From NCBI GenBank assembly GCA_035934535.1, contig DASYXS010000091.1:20580-84579 (forward strand): 64,000 nucleotides of DNA. Reading direction: 5' to 3'. The stretch comes from a bacterium (GTDB lineage Bacteria; Sysuimicrobiota; Sysuimicrobiia; Sysuimicrobiales; Segetimicrobiaceae). Below are positions 17,007 through 29,667 of the stretch, one piece after another (the first letter of the stretch is position 1; every line of letters starts with the position of its first letter). Position numbers and translations under genes: made by a program. The notes below the pieces were generated by a model. The model saw only the letters and a list, made by a program, of their open reading frames with translations. It did no database searches and was not told the origin of the DNA.

Positions 17007-17065
17007 GCTCCCACTATATCACGCAGGCCGCGGACACCGGCCCGTGGAGCACGGCGCCGGCGGCG

Positions 17066-17722
17066 TCACTGATGCTTGTGGCGCTCGTAGTAGCGCCGCG
17101 CCTTCGCGCGGTTGCCGCAGCTTTTCATGTCGCACCAGCGCCGGCTGTGGTTGCGGGTCGTGTCCAGAAACAGCCAGTCGCACGTCGGGCTCTCGCATTT
17201 GTGAATCCGGCCGCGCTCGTCCTCGGAGGTGAGGACATCCATCGCCGAACGGAGCACCGGCCAGACCATGCGGTCCAGCGCGTCGGCGTCGTTCCCCCAG
17301 ATCCGTACGCACCCCTCCGCCGTCGCGTCGAGCCGCACGTGTGAAAGCGCGCGGCACAGCGCCGCGTTGAGGGTCTCCATGTCCTCCGATCGCTGAGGCC
17401 GGCACTCCGCGGCGCCGCAGAAAATCCGAAACAGCGCCTCGCGAAGCGACAGCGCGCCGGCGAGGATCCGGGCTGCGTCGTCCGGCCGGCGCTTGGCCAA
17501 TTGCGCAAGATGCTGCGCCTCGCGCTCGTCGAGCACGCCCGCCTGCCGGCCCCAGGACACTAGGTCCAGATAGGTGTTGAGATGCTCTTTCGGCGTCGCT
17601 CGCGTCGAGGTCACGGTATTGGTGAAGTCCAGGCAGAGCCGCCCGCCCGAGAAATCAAACGCGTACTCCGGCTTTTGACTCATGGCCGCCGGCCGCTGTA
17701 CGTCGGCCTCACGTTTCGCCAT
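17066..17722 (-). CDS. ABATE/CGNR zinc-finger domain putative transcription regulator
   Basis: C-terminal C-x-W-L-F-x-D..RRWCDMKSCGNRAKARRYYERHK (zf-CGNR) and N-terminal FDFSGGRLCLDFTNTV (ABATE). ATG 17722 (MAKREADV..) chosen; the listed ORF extends further 5' into the intergenic region. Confidence 0.85.
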   Translation of the reverse strand: MAKREADVQRPAAMSQKPEYAFDFSGGRLCLDFTNTVTSTRATPKEHLNTYLDLVSWGRQAGVLDEREAQHLAQLAKRRPDDAARILAGALSLREALFRIFCGAAECRPQRSEDMETLNAALCRALSHVRLDATAEGCVRIWGNDADALDRMVWPVLRSAMDVLTSEDERGRIHKCESPTCDWLFLDTTRNHSRRWCDMKSCGNRAKARRYYERHKHQ

Positions 17723-17740
17723 ATAACCCTCTATTAGAGG

Positions 17741-17769
17741 TTGACAAGTTAGATCCTGCCTGTTACTAT
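17741..17769 (+). promoter_or_regulatory. Sigma-70-type promoter for the 17849.. gene set
   Basis: TTGACA (17741-17746), 17-nt spacer, TACTAT (17764-17769), in the only clearly AT-rich intergenic stretch here. A 13-bp palindrome CCTCTA-T-TAGAGG (17728-17740) abuts the -35. Confidence 0.45.
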
Positions 17770-17848
17770 ATGACCTGCAAACGTAGAATAGCAGGTTAGA
17801 TATGGCAGTGCAAGCAGGAACAATCCGGTTCTTTGGGAGGCACGAAGG

Positions 17849-18157
17849 ATGTGGCCTTATCTGTTCGGGTCCGGCTGGCCGCGGGACATCGCGTTGTCGG
17901 CCGGGTTGATAGCGGCGATCGTTTTCGCGATCGCGGTGATGCTGGCGCGCCGGGAGCAGCCGGCGGGATACCCGGAGGCGGCGGCAGATCGCATCCAGAC
18001 GATCTGGCACGCGTACGAGCAGGGCGATCTCACCGAGTGGGAGTTCGCGCGGCTGATCACCCCGCGTCCGGCGATTCCGCTCCGGTCCAATGCCTCGCCC
18101 GCCGGCGCGCTGCCGGTTCGCGAGACGGTTGCGACACACGACGCCGCGGCCGACTGA
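17849..18157 (+). CDS. Small membrane protein with SHOCT-like C-terminal motif
   Basis: GGGAGG lies 9 nt upstream. One TM helix (ALSAGLIAAIVFAIAVMLA) is followed by IWHAYEQGDLTEWEFARLI (SHOCT-like). High GC3. Confidence 0.55.
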   Translation: MWPYLFGSGWPRDIALSAGLIAAIVFAIAVMLARREQPAGYPEAAADRIQTIWHAYEQGDLTEWEFARLITPRPAIPLRSNASPAGALPVRETVATHDAAAD

Positions 18158-18240
18158 GTTTGAGCGACAAGAAGCGGATAGATTCGGCATCCGAGGCCGG
18201 CTACGATGAGCGGCGGCACCCGCACGAAGGGAGGACGACC

Positions 18241-18639
18241 ATGATCGATGTCCGTACGGCCAGCGTTCGGAACAGCACCGTGTTTTCGCCGGTGATCACG
18301 CCCCGCACCACCGTGGCGACGGCCCTCAGACTGCTGCGCGAGCACGAGACGACGGCGCTGCCGGTGTGCGACGGCGACCGGTTCGTCGGTCTCGTCAACG
18401 AGACGGGACTGCTGCGGCTCACACCGTCGGACGTGACGACACTCGACGTGTACGAGCTGCGCAACGTCCTCGACGGCCTGACGGTATCGCGCATCATCGA
18501 ATCGGTTCCAACGATTTCGGCCGGCGCCTCCCTCGAGGACGCGGCGGTGCTGATGCGCACGGGACGTCACGAGGTGCTGCCGGTGGTCGACGGCGGACGT
18601 CTCATCGGCCTGCTGCCCTGGACCGCCGTGCTGCGGTAG
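18241..18639 (+). CDS. CBS-pair domain protein
   Basis: GGGAGG upstream. Two CBS repeats (..TALPVCDGDRFVGLVNETGLL.. and ..HEVLPVVDGGRLIGLLPWTAVL). Confidence 0.85.
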   Translation: MIDVRTASVRNSTVFSPVITPRTTVATALRLLREHETTALPVCDGDRFVGLVNETGLLRLTPSDVTTLDVYELRNVLDGLTVSRIIESVPTISAGASLEDAAVLMRTGRHEVLPVVDGGRLIGLLPWTAVLR

Positions 18640-18663
18640 CTCCGCGAAGAGAGGGGTCCCCAC

Positions 18664-18885
18664 ATGTGGAATGTCCGTATGTACGAGTGGCTGGCGAACG
18701 ACCGGATCGCGGCCTACCGGCGAGAGGCCGCCCAGGATCGACGGCTGCGCCTTGTGCCGGCGGCGCCGCGCCGCCCCGAGAAGACGCCCTCGACGGCGCG
18801 CACCGTCGCGCCGTCCAGCCGCCGGGCGCTGGCCGCGGCCTTCATCGGGCTCGCGGTGTTCGGCATGCTGCGCCGCAGACCGTAA
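18664..18885 (+). CDS. Small hypothetical protein with C-terminal TM anchor
   Basis: 73-aa ORF with a charged helical N-terminus (MYEWLANDRIAAYRREAAQDRRL) and a C-terminal hydrophobic stretch (ALAAAFIGLAVFGML). No family recognised. Confidence 0.4.
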   Translation: MWNVRMYEWLANDRIAAYRREAAQDRRLRLVPAAPRRPEKTPSTARTVAPSSRRALAAAFIGLAVFGMLRRRP

Positions 18886-18959
18886 CGCGTCCGATCCGCA
18901 CGTTCGAGTTTGCGCTCGCCGGCCCCGGCGGGGAGCCGATTCTCCTGTGGCGCACCTGT

Positions 18960-19844
18960 ATGTCTCACGGGCTCACGGAACTCCCGCCGATGCGTCTCGA
19001 CGCGCAGGCCCGCGCGCTCGAGATCACGCTGCCGATCGGGGGGAGACGGCCCCGCCTGATCCAGATCCACGAGGGACGCCCGGGGTTCGGCGCGGTGCGG
19101 TTCCTTGGATCTGCGCCGGGGCCGCGGGTGGTCGAACGGGCCGTCCGGGCGGTGCGCCATGTGCTCAGGCTGGACGAACCGTTCGCCGAGTTCTATGCGC
19201 TTGCGGCGGACGACGCCGAGCTCGCCTGGGCCTGCGCGGGAGCCGGACGGCTGATCCGGAGTCCCACCGTGTTCGAGGACGTGGTCAAGACGATCTGCAC
19301 GACGAACTGCTCGTGGGCGTTGACGCGGCGGATGATCACGGGCCTCGTGGCACATCTCGGTGAGCGCGCGCCGGGCGCGCCCGCGCGCGGGTGGACCGGC
19401 CGGGCATTTCCGACGCCGGAGGCAATGGCGGGCGTCCGGCCGTCCTTCTACCGACATGTCGTGCGCGCCGGTTACCGGGGTCCGTATCTCGTGACGCTGG
19501 CGCGCCGCGTCGCCCGCGGCGAGGTCGATCTGGAGGTGCTCGGCCGCGGTCCGGATACGCCGGGCGCCCTGTCGGACGATGACGTCGCCGAGCGGCTCCT
19601 GGATCTGCCGGGTGTCGGACCGTATGCGGCGTCGCACATCATGATGCTGCTCGGCCGCTACTCACGCCTCGTCTTCGACTCGTGGACCCGTCCGGCGTTC
19701 GCGCGGCTCTCCGGCCGCCGCCGGCAGGTCACGGATCGCACGATCGAGCGCCGGTTCCGCCGCTACGGCCGCTACGCCGGCCTTGCGTTTTGGCTCTTTC
19801 TCACCCGCGGCTGGGCCGACGATTCGGCGCCCGTCCGGACATGA
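18960..19844 (+). CDS. HhH-GPD superfamily DNA glycosylase (AlkA/3-methyladenine glycosylase II-like)
   Basis: Helix-hairpin-helix LLDLPGVGPYAASHIMMLLG plus upstream conserved FEDVVKTICTTNCSWALT. ATG 18960 is the first canonical start after the preceding gene. The protein-like sequence upstream (RPIRTFEFALAG..) leaves the true start uncertain. Confidence 0.75.
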   Translation: MSHGLTELPPMRLDAQARALEITLPIGGRRPRLIQIHEGRPGFGAVRFLGSAPGPRVVERAVRAVRHVLRLDEPFAEFYALAADDAELAWACAGAGRLIRSPTVFEDVVKTICTTNCSWALTRRMITGLVAHLGERAPGAPARGWTGRAFPTPEAMAGVRPSFYRHVVRAGYRGPYLVTLARRVARGEVDLEVLGRGPDTPGALSDDDVAERLLDLPGVGPYAASHIMMLLGRYSRLVFDSWTRPAFARLSGRRRQVTDRTIERRFRRYGRYAGLAFWLFLTRGWADDSAPVRT

Positions 19845-19887
19845 TCCGTGCGGGGCGGCGGCGGTCTAAAGCGCGCGCGGCCTGGGC

Positions 19888-20136
19888 ATGAAGCGACCGG
19901 CGCGGAGGTGGCCAAGAATGTCGGGCGTACGATCCCAGCCGGAGCGGCGAGACACATCTCCGGCCGGCGCGTGGAACCGCGAACAATTCGAGGCCTCGCT
20001 GGGCCTCCTGCACGCGCTGGGACTGCCGCTCGCGGTCATCGAGTACTATCGCGAGCGGGCCCGCGAGACACAACAGCTGCCCCACGAACTCGTGGCCGAA
20101 GTTGTCGAAAACGCGGCCCGCCGTTCGGGTTCCTAG
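19888..20136 (+). CDS. Small hypothetical protein
   Basis: 82-aa ORF with high GC3 in its distal two thirds. No recognisable motif. ATG 19918 is an alternative start. Confidence 0.35.
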   Translation: MKRPARRWPRMSGVRSQPERRDTSPAGAWNREQFEASLGLLHALGLPLAVIEYYRERARETQQLPHELVAEVVENAARRSGS

Positions 20137-20188
20137 CGCGTCGTAGCCGCTCCGCAAACCCCCGTCCAACAGGGTAAGATGTAGATTG

Positions 20189-22294
20189 ATGCCCAAGACG
20201 GTTCACGTGATCCTGGCGTTCCATGCCCACGAGCCGCTTTGGGACCTGCCGGCACACCTCCAGAGCGCCGTTCCGGACATGCGCATCGCGCAGGCGGTGC
20301 CCCCGGAGAACTACTTGCGCCGGCGGGCCAAAGAGGGCCGGAACATCTACCGCGATCTCATCGCGTTTGCGAGCGCGATGGGCGTCCGCGTCACCGTCGA
20401 CATCTCGAACGACCTGCTCTTTCAGATCCGCACCATTCTGCCGCGCACGTTCGAGGAGCTGCGCCGCGCGTACCGGGACCACACGATCTATCCGTTGTAC
20501 ACGACGGCGCATCACACCCACGCCGCGCTGCTCGAGCCCGGCGAGCTGGTGGAGGAGCTGCGGCTCAATCAAGAGGTCCTCCACGACGTCGTCGGCGCGC
20601 CGAAGCCGCGGCGCCGCGTGTTCTTCTTTACCGAATGCTCGGTGCATCCGCGCTTTGCGCCGGCGCTCGAGGACGCGGGCATCGACGCGATCGTCCACCC
20701 GCACCTGAGCGACCGCAAGGGCGTATACACCGCGTCGGACCCGTCGCACGACTACGTGCACCGGCCGTTTCTGATCGGCCGGCGCCTCGTCGCGCTGCCG
20801 CGGCACTTCCGGGTGTCCCAGGAGATCTGGCGGCCCGTCACGCGCATGTATCCGCAGGAAGTGCGGTCGCAGGGCTACATGATGGGGGCGTACTACGTCT
20901 TCGATACGGAGTACAGGGAGCACCGCTACCTCGAGTTCCCGATCGACCGGACGCGCGGCGTCGAGGAGTACGCGGCGACGCTCCGGGAGGCGCTCGCCGC
21001 GGCCCCGGACGGCGGCCTCATTCTGTACATCCAGGATCTCGAGCTGATGGACTTCGGCGACGTGGCGCTCGACGTGCTGCAGGCGTCGTGGCGGCAGGTG
21101 CTCGCGTCGCCGGACGTGGCCGTGAAGTTCTCGACGCCGGACGAGTATCTGGAAGCGGCCGCCCCGGCGCCCGAGGCGCGCGTGGAGCACCAGGGCATGG
21201 GGTGGGCGCCGGAGACGCGCGTGCTGCTCCGCTCGGACGGTCACTATCCGCCGCTGTACGCCGGCGAGTACGGCGGCATCGACGCGGTGCCGGGGATCTT
21301 CCGGGCGCACCCCTTCATCTACTGGGAGCCCGGCAAGTACCTCGTGGGCCTGTTCGCGTGGATGCTGCGGGCGTTCGGCCTCCTCGCGCCGGTGGGCGTC
21401 CACGCCTCGGTGCTGTGCGACGAAGGCTATCAGCTGTACCGCTTCCCGATCGAGAAGCGGATCGCGGTCGGCTTCCGCCTCCTGAAGCAGGCCGACAACT
21501 GGGGCTGGCAGCCGAGCGAGGCGCTCAACAAGCGGCCGTACCTGTACGGGCTCGTGCTCGCCGACGCGCTGATGATGATGCTGCAGTTTTACCCGGAGCG
21601 CTACCCGGCGACCGAGGACCGCCTCGATCCGCGGATGCTGGTCGGTCTCGGGCGCCTGCCGGAAGGCCTGCTCGACACCCGCATCGCCTACCTCCGGTTC
21701 GCGCTCGAACGCCTCCGCGAGGAGCGTCACGACTACGATCCGAGCGAGGCGTTCCGGCAGCTGGACTACGCGACCGACTTCCGCGACAAGGCCGGGCGCG
21801 GCGCCGAGCAGATGTTTGACGCCTACCGCACGCTCGACGAGGATTTCCACAACGCCGCGCGCTGGCGGCGCGTGCTGCTCGAGGCGCGGGAGCACTGCCG
21901 CAACGTGTTCTTGTGCCTGGACCACCTGCAGCGGACCTGGATGGCGGCCGGCGAGGTGGACTTTCTGATCGACGCGATGTACCGGTATCTGTACGATCTG
22001 TATCCGCCGCGTCTGCCGGAGATTCTCGACGAGGTGGACCGCGGGACCGAGGCGGAGCGCGTCTATCTCGGGACGCGGCTGGTGCACTTCGCGATCCCGG
22101 CCGAGTCGGCGATCGCGGGCCGCCCGCTCAGCGCGCTCGCCGTCTCGCCCGACAGCCTCGTCGTGGCGCTGCGCCGGGGAACGCGCATGCTGGTGCCGCG
22201 CGGCGACACCGTCCTGCACGGCGGCGACCACATCACCGTCGCGACGACGCGCGGCGACGGAGTCCGTCTCGAGGAGATCATCGCGCCGCGCTGA
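20189..22294 (+). CDS. Divergent GH57-like (beta/alpha)7-barrel protein fused to a C-terminal TrkA_C (RCK_C) ligand-binding domain
   Basis: N-terminal VHVILAFHAHEPLWDLP resembles the GH57 H-x-H-x-P signature (compare ALHNHQPVGNF in 31708..33855). The C-terminal ~70 aa (LVHFAIPAESAIAGRPLSALAVSPDSLVVALRRGTRMLVPRGDTVLHGGDHITVATT) is a typical TrkA_C. ATG at 20189; the listed start 20186 is TTG. Confidence 0.65.
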   Translation: MPKTVHVILAFHAHEPLWDLPAHLQSAVPDMRIAQAVPPENYLRRRAKEGRNIYRDLIAFASAMGVRVTVDISNDLLFQIRTILPRTFEELRRAYRDHTIYPLYTTAHHTHAALLEPGELVEELRLNQEVLHDVVGAPKPRRRVFFFTECSVHPRFAPALEDAGIDAIVHPHLSDRKGVYTASDPSHDYVHRPFLIGRRLVALPRHFRVSQEIWRPVTRMYPQEVRSQGYMMGAYYVFDTEYREHRYLEFPIDRTRGVEEYAATLREALAAAPDGGLILYIQDLELMDFGDVALDVLQASWRQVLASPDVAVKFSTPDEYLEAAAPAPEARVEHQGMGWAPETRVLLRSDGHYPPLYAGEYGGIDAVPGIFRAHPFIYWEPGKYLVGLFAWMLRAFGLLAPVGVHASVLCDEGYQLYRFPIEKRIAVGFRLLKQADNWGWQPSEALNKRPYLYGLVLADALMMMLQFYPERYPATEDRLDPRMLVGLGRLPEGLLDTRIAYLRFALERLREERHDYDPSEAFRQLDYATDFRDKAGRGAEQMFDAYRTLDEDFHNAARWRRVLLEAREHCRNVFLCLDHLQRTWMAAGEVDFLIDAMYRYLYDLYPPRLPEILDEVDRGTEAERVYLGTRLVHFAIPAESAIAGRPLSALAVSPDSLVVALRRGTRMLVPRGDTVLHGGDHITVATTRGDGVRLEEIIAPR

Positions 22295-22317
22295 GGCGGC
22301 GCTCCACGCACGCGTAG

Positions 22318-24293
22318 GTGAAACCCATGGAGGCGAAGTCCCGGGTCGCGATAGAGGCCGTCACGCCCCAAATCGACGGCGGGCGGTTCCCCGTGAAGCG
22401 CACCGCCGGCGACGTGGTCGTCGTCGAATGCGACGCGTTCGCGGACGGCCACGACGAGCTGGCGGGCGTCGTGCGGTACCGGTGGGAGGGCGATCCCGTC
22501 CGCCGCTGGACCGAGGCGCCGCTCGTCCGTCTCGACAACGATCGCTGGCGCGGGACGTTTGCGGCGGCGCGGATCGGCCGGTACCGTTACACGGTGGAGG
22601 CGTGGATCGACCACTTCGCGACGTGGGCGCGGGATCTCGCCAAGCGCGTCGACGCGGGACAGGACGTGCGGATGGAGCTTGAGATCGGTGCGGACCTCGT
22701 CCGGGGCGCGAGCCGCCGGGCGGTTCGTGCCCCGGACGCCAAACCGCTCGCGGCGTGGGCGGACCGCCTCGCCGCCGGCGACGCCGACGCGGTGCGGTTC
22801 GCCCTGTCCGCCGACCTCGCCGCGGCGATGCGCCGGCATCCGGACCGGACGCACGCGGCGCGGTACGCGCCCGAGCTGGCCGCCACCGTGGACCGCGAGC
22901 GGGCACGCTGCGGCGCGTGGTACGAGATGTTTCCACGCTCCACGGCGCCCGAGCCCGGCCGGCACGGCACCTTTGCGGACTGCGAGGCGCGCCTGCCTTA
23001 CGTCGCCGGCATGGGCTTCGACATCCTGTACCTGCCGCCGGTCCATCCGGTCGGCCGCGCGCACCGCAAGGGCCGCAACAACGCCGAGACCGCCGGGCCG
23101 GACGATCCCGGGAGCCCCTGGGCGATCGGCGCGGCGGAGGGGGGCCACACCGCGGTTCATCCGGAGCTCGGCACGCTCGACGACTTCCGCCGGCTCGTCG
23201 CTCGGGCGCGCGAGCACGGGCTCGAGATCGCGCTCGACCTCGCCTACCAGTGCGCGCCGGACCACCCCTACGTCCGCGAGCACCCCGAGTGGTTCAGGCG
23301 GCGGCCCGACGGCACGATCCAGTACGCGGAGAATCCGCCGAAGAAGTACCAGGACATCTACCCGTTCGACTTCGAGTCCGCCGACTGGCGGGGTCTGTGG
23401 ACCGAGCTGCTCGGCGTCGTGCGGTTTTGGATACGCGAAGGCGTGCGCATCTTCCGGGTCGACAATCCGCACACGAAGCCGTTCCCGTTCTGGGAATGGT
23501 TGATCGAGGAGATCCACCGCACCGACCCGGACGTCATCTTTCTCGCCGAGGCGTTCACGCGTCCGAAGGTGATGTACCGGCTGGCCAAGCTGGGATTCAC
23601 GCAGTCGTACACGTACTTCACCTGGCGAAATACGAAGGCGGACCTGGCCGAGTACTTCACGGAGCTGCGTCAGACGCCGGTGCGCGAGTTTTTCCGGCCG
23701 AACCTCTGGCCCAATACCCCGGATATTTTATCGAAGTACCTGCGGGACGGCGGCCGGCCGGCGTTCGCGGTGCGCCTCGTGCTGGCCGCGACGCTCGGGG
23801 CGAACTACGGGATCTACGGACCCGCTTTCGAGCTCTTCGAGCACCGGTCCGCGGCGCCCGACAGTCCGCCGCCGGCGAGCGAGGAGTATCTCAACGCCGA
23901 AAAGTATGAGATCAAGCACTGGGAGCTGGACCGGCCCGACAGCCTGCGCGGGCTCATCGGCCGCGTCAACGAGATCCGTCGCGGCCATCCGGCGCTGCAG
24001 CGGGACGACACGCTCGCCTTTCACGGGGTGGACAACGATCAGCTGCTCTGCTACAGCAAGACGAGTCCGGACGGGGGGCCCGCGGTGCTCGTCATCGTGA
24101 ACCTCGACCCGCGTTTCGCGCAGGCGGGCTGGACCGCGCTCTCGCTGCCGGCGCTCGGGCTCGGCCCGGACGAGGCCTTTGCGCTGACGGATCTGCTGAC
24201 CGGCGCCCGGTACACCTGGCGCGGCGGCCGCAACTACGTTTCGCTGCGCCCGGCCGAGCAGCCGGCGCACCTCTTCCGGGTGGAGCGGAGCCC

Positions 24294-24297
<4 letters not shown>
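22318..24297 (+). CDS. glgE: Alpha-1,4-glucan:maltose-1-phosphate maltosyltransferase
   Basis: N-terminal [39 protein letters not shown] (GlgE N-domain). GH13 core ([13 protein letters not shown].., [21 protein letters not shown]). Confidence 0.93.
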
Positions 24298-27785
<3,488 letters not shown>

Positions 27786-27792
27786 CGCCCCG

Positions 27793-29667
27793 ATGACGGG
27801 TGGCGACGGCGCGCCCGGCGCGGTCCTGCTCGCCGGGGGCGGCTGCCGCTTTCGCGTGTGGGCGCCGAAGGCCCGCGCCGTGCAGGTGCACCTGTTGAGC
27901 CCGGCGGAGCGTGTGATCCCGCTCGAGCCGCGCGAGCGCGGCTATCACGAAGCCGACGTCCCGGATGTCGGCGCCGGGGTCCGCTACCGCTACGTGCTGG
28001 ACGGCGGCCTCGAATATCCCGACCCCGCCTCGCGCCTCCAGCCGGACGGCGTGCACGGGCCGTCGGAGGTCGCCGACCCGGCGTTCACGTGGACGGACGC
28101 GGATTGGCGCGGGCTCACGCTCGCCGACCACATCATCTACGAGCTGCACGTCGGGACGTTCTCCGAGGAAGGCACGTTCGACGGCGTGATCGGCCAGCTC
28201 GACGCGCTGGTCGATCTCGGGGTGACGGCGGTCGAGCTGATGCCGGTCGCGCACTTTCCCGGCACGCGCAACTGGGGCTACGACGGCGTGTACCTCTACG
28301 CGGTGCACACCGCCTACGGCGGGCCCGACGGGCTGAAGCGCCTCGTGGACGCCTGCCATCGCCGGGGCATCGCGGTGATCCTCGACGTCGTCTACAACCA
28401 CCTCGGGCCCGAGGGCAACTACCTTGGCGCGTTCGGACCCTACTTCACGAGCCGCTATCACACGCTGTGGGGAGACGCGGTCAATTTCGACGGGCCGGAC
28501 AGCGACGAGGTGCGCCGGTTTGTGCTGGACAACGCGTGCCGGTGGACCGAAGAGTTTCACATCGACGGCCTCAGGCTGGACGCGGTGCACGCGATCTTCG
28601 ATGGATCCGCGCGGCACATCCTCGAGGAACTGGGCGCCGCGGTCCACGAGAGCGGCCGCGCGCTCGGCCGCCGGGTCTGCGTGATCGCGGAGAGCAACCT
28701 GAACGACCCGCGGCTCACGCGCCCGGTCCACCGCGGCGGCTACGGGCTCGACGCCGTCTGGAGCGACGACTTCCACCACGCGCTGCACACCCTGCTCACC
28801 GGCGAGCGGCTCCGGTACTACGAGGACTTCGGTGGAGTCGGCGATCTCGCGCTGGCGTGGACGGAGGGGTTCGTCGTCTCCGGGCGCTACTCGCCGTTCC
28901 GGCGGCGGTACCACGGCGCGCCGTCGCGCGACGTGCCGGCCCCCCGCTTCGTCGTCTGCGCGCAGAACCACGACCAGGTGGGCAACCGCGCCCTCGGCGA
29001 GCGGCTGTCGGACCTCGTCGGGTTCGAGGCGCTGAAGCTCGCCGCGGGCGTCGTACTGCTGGCGCCGTTTGTGCCGCTGCTGTTCATGGGCGAGGAGTAC
29101 GGGGAGATCGCGCCGTTCCTGTACTTCACCGATCACGGCGATCCGGAGCTCGGCGAAGCCGTGCGCCGCGGGCGGCGGGCGGAGTATCGTGAGAGCGAAC
29201 CGCCGGACCCCCAGTCGCCGGAGACGTTTGAACGATCGCGGCTCAGGCGCGCGCTCGCGCACCAGCCTCGACATCGCGCCCTCCTCGAGTTCTATGCCAC
29301 GCTCATCCGGCTGCGCAAGACCGTCCCCGCTCTCGCGAACCTCAGCAAGGAACCGATGGAGGTGCTGGCGGTCGGACAGTCGGCCCCCGTGGAGGGCGAC
29401 GGCGCGCCGGGGGACGATGCACGGGTCATGGTCGCCCGCCGCTGGCGGCGGGACAGCGCCGCCGTCGCGGCGTTCAATTTCTCCCCGTCCCGAACGGCCG
29501 TCGAAATCCCCCTGCCGGCCGGCCGGTGGACACTGCTCCTCGACTCGGCGGACGCGACGTGGGCCGGCCCGGGCCGCGCCGCGTCCGAGCAGATCGAATC
29601 CGGCGGCACGGTGCGCCTCACGCTCGCGCCGTGGTCGTTTGTGCTGTTTGGTTCAACGGCGGGATGA
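27793..29667 (+). CDS. treZ: Malto-oligosyltrehalose trehalohydrolase
   Basis: CRFRVWAPKARAVQVHL.., YPDPASRLQPDGVHGPSEV, GVTAVELMPVAHFPGTRNWGYDGV, GLRLDAVHAI, FVVCAQNHDQVGNR. Confidence 0.88.
   Translation: MTGGDGAPGAVLLAGGGCRFRVWAPKARAVQVHLLSPAERVIPLEPRERGYHEADVPDVGAGVRYRYVLDGGLEYPDPASRLQPDGVHGPSEVADPAFTWTDADWRGLTLADHIIYELHVGTFSEEGTFDGVIGQLDALVDLGVTAVELMPVAHFPGTRNWGYDGVYLYAVHTAYGGPDGLKRLVDACHRRGIAVILDVVYNHLGPEGNYLGAFGPYFTSRYHTLWGDAVNFDGPDSDEVRRFVLDNACRWTEEFHIDGLRLDAVHAIFDGSARHILEELGAAVHESGRALGRRVCVIAESNLNDPRLTRPVHRGGYGLDAVWSDDFHHALHTLLTGERLRYYEDFGGVGDLALAWTEGFVVSGRYSPFRRRYHGAPSRDVPAPRFVVCAQNHDQVGNRALGERLSDLVGFEALKLAAGVVLLAPFVPLLFMGEEYGEIAPFLYFTDHGDPELGEAVRRGRRAEYRESEPPDPQSPETFERSRLRRALAHQPRHRALLEFYATLIRLRKTVPALANLSKEPMEVLAVGQSAPVEGDGAPGDDARVMVARRWRRDSAAVAAFNFSPSRTAVEIPLPAGRWTLLLDSADATWAGPGRAASEQIESGGTVRLTLAPWSFVLFGSTAG

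Noticed and set aside
18366-18959. N-terminal extension of the HhH-GPD glycosylase ORF (18366..19844).
   Set aside because: It overlaps the CBS-pair gene and the 73-aa ORF in other frames and is Arg-rich. Only sequence after about 18886 looks protein-like, and the first canonical start is ATG 18960.
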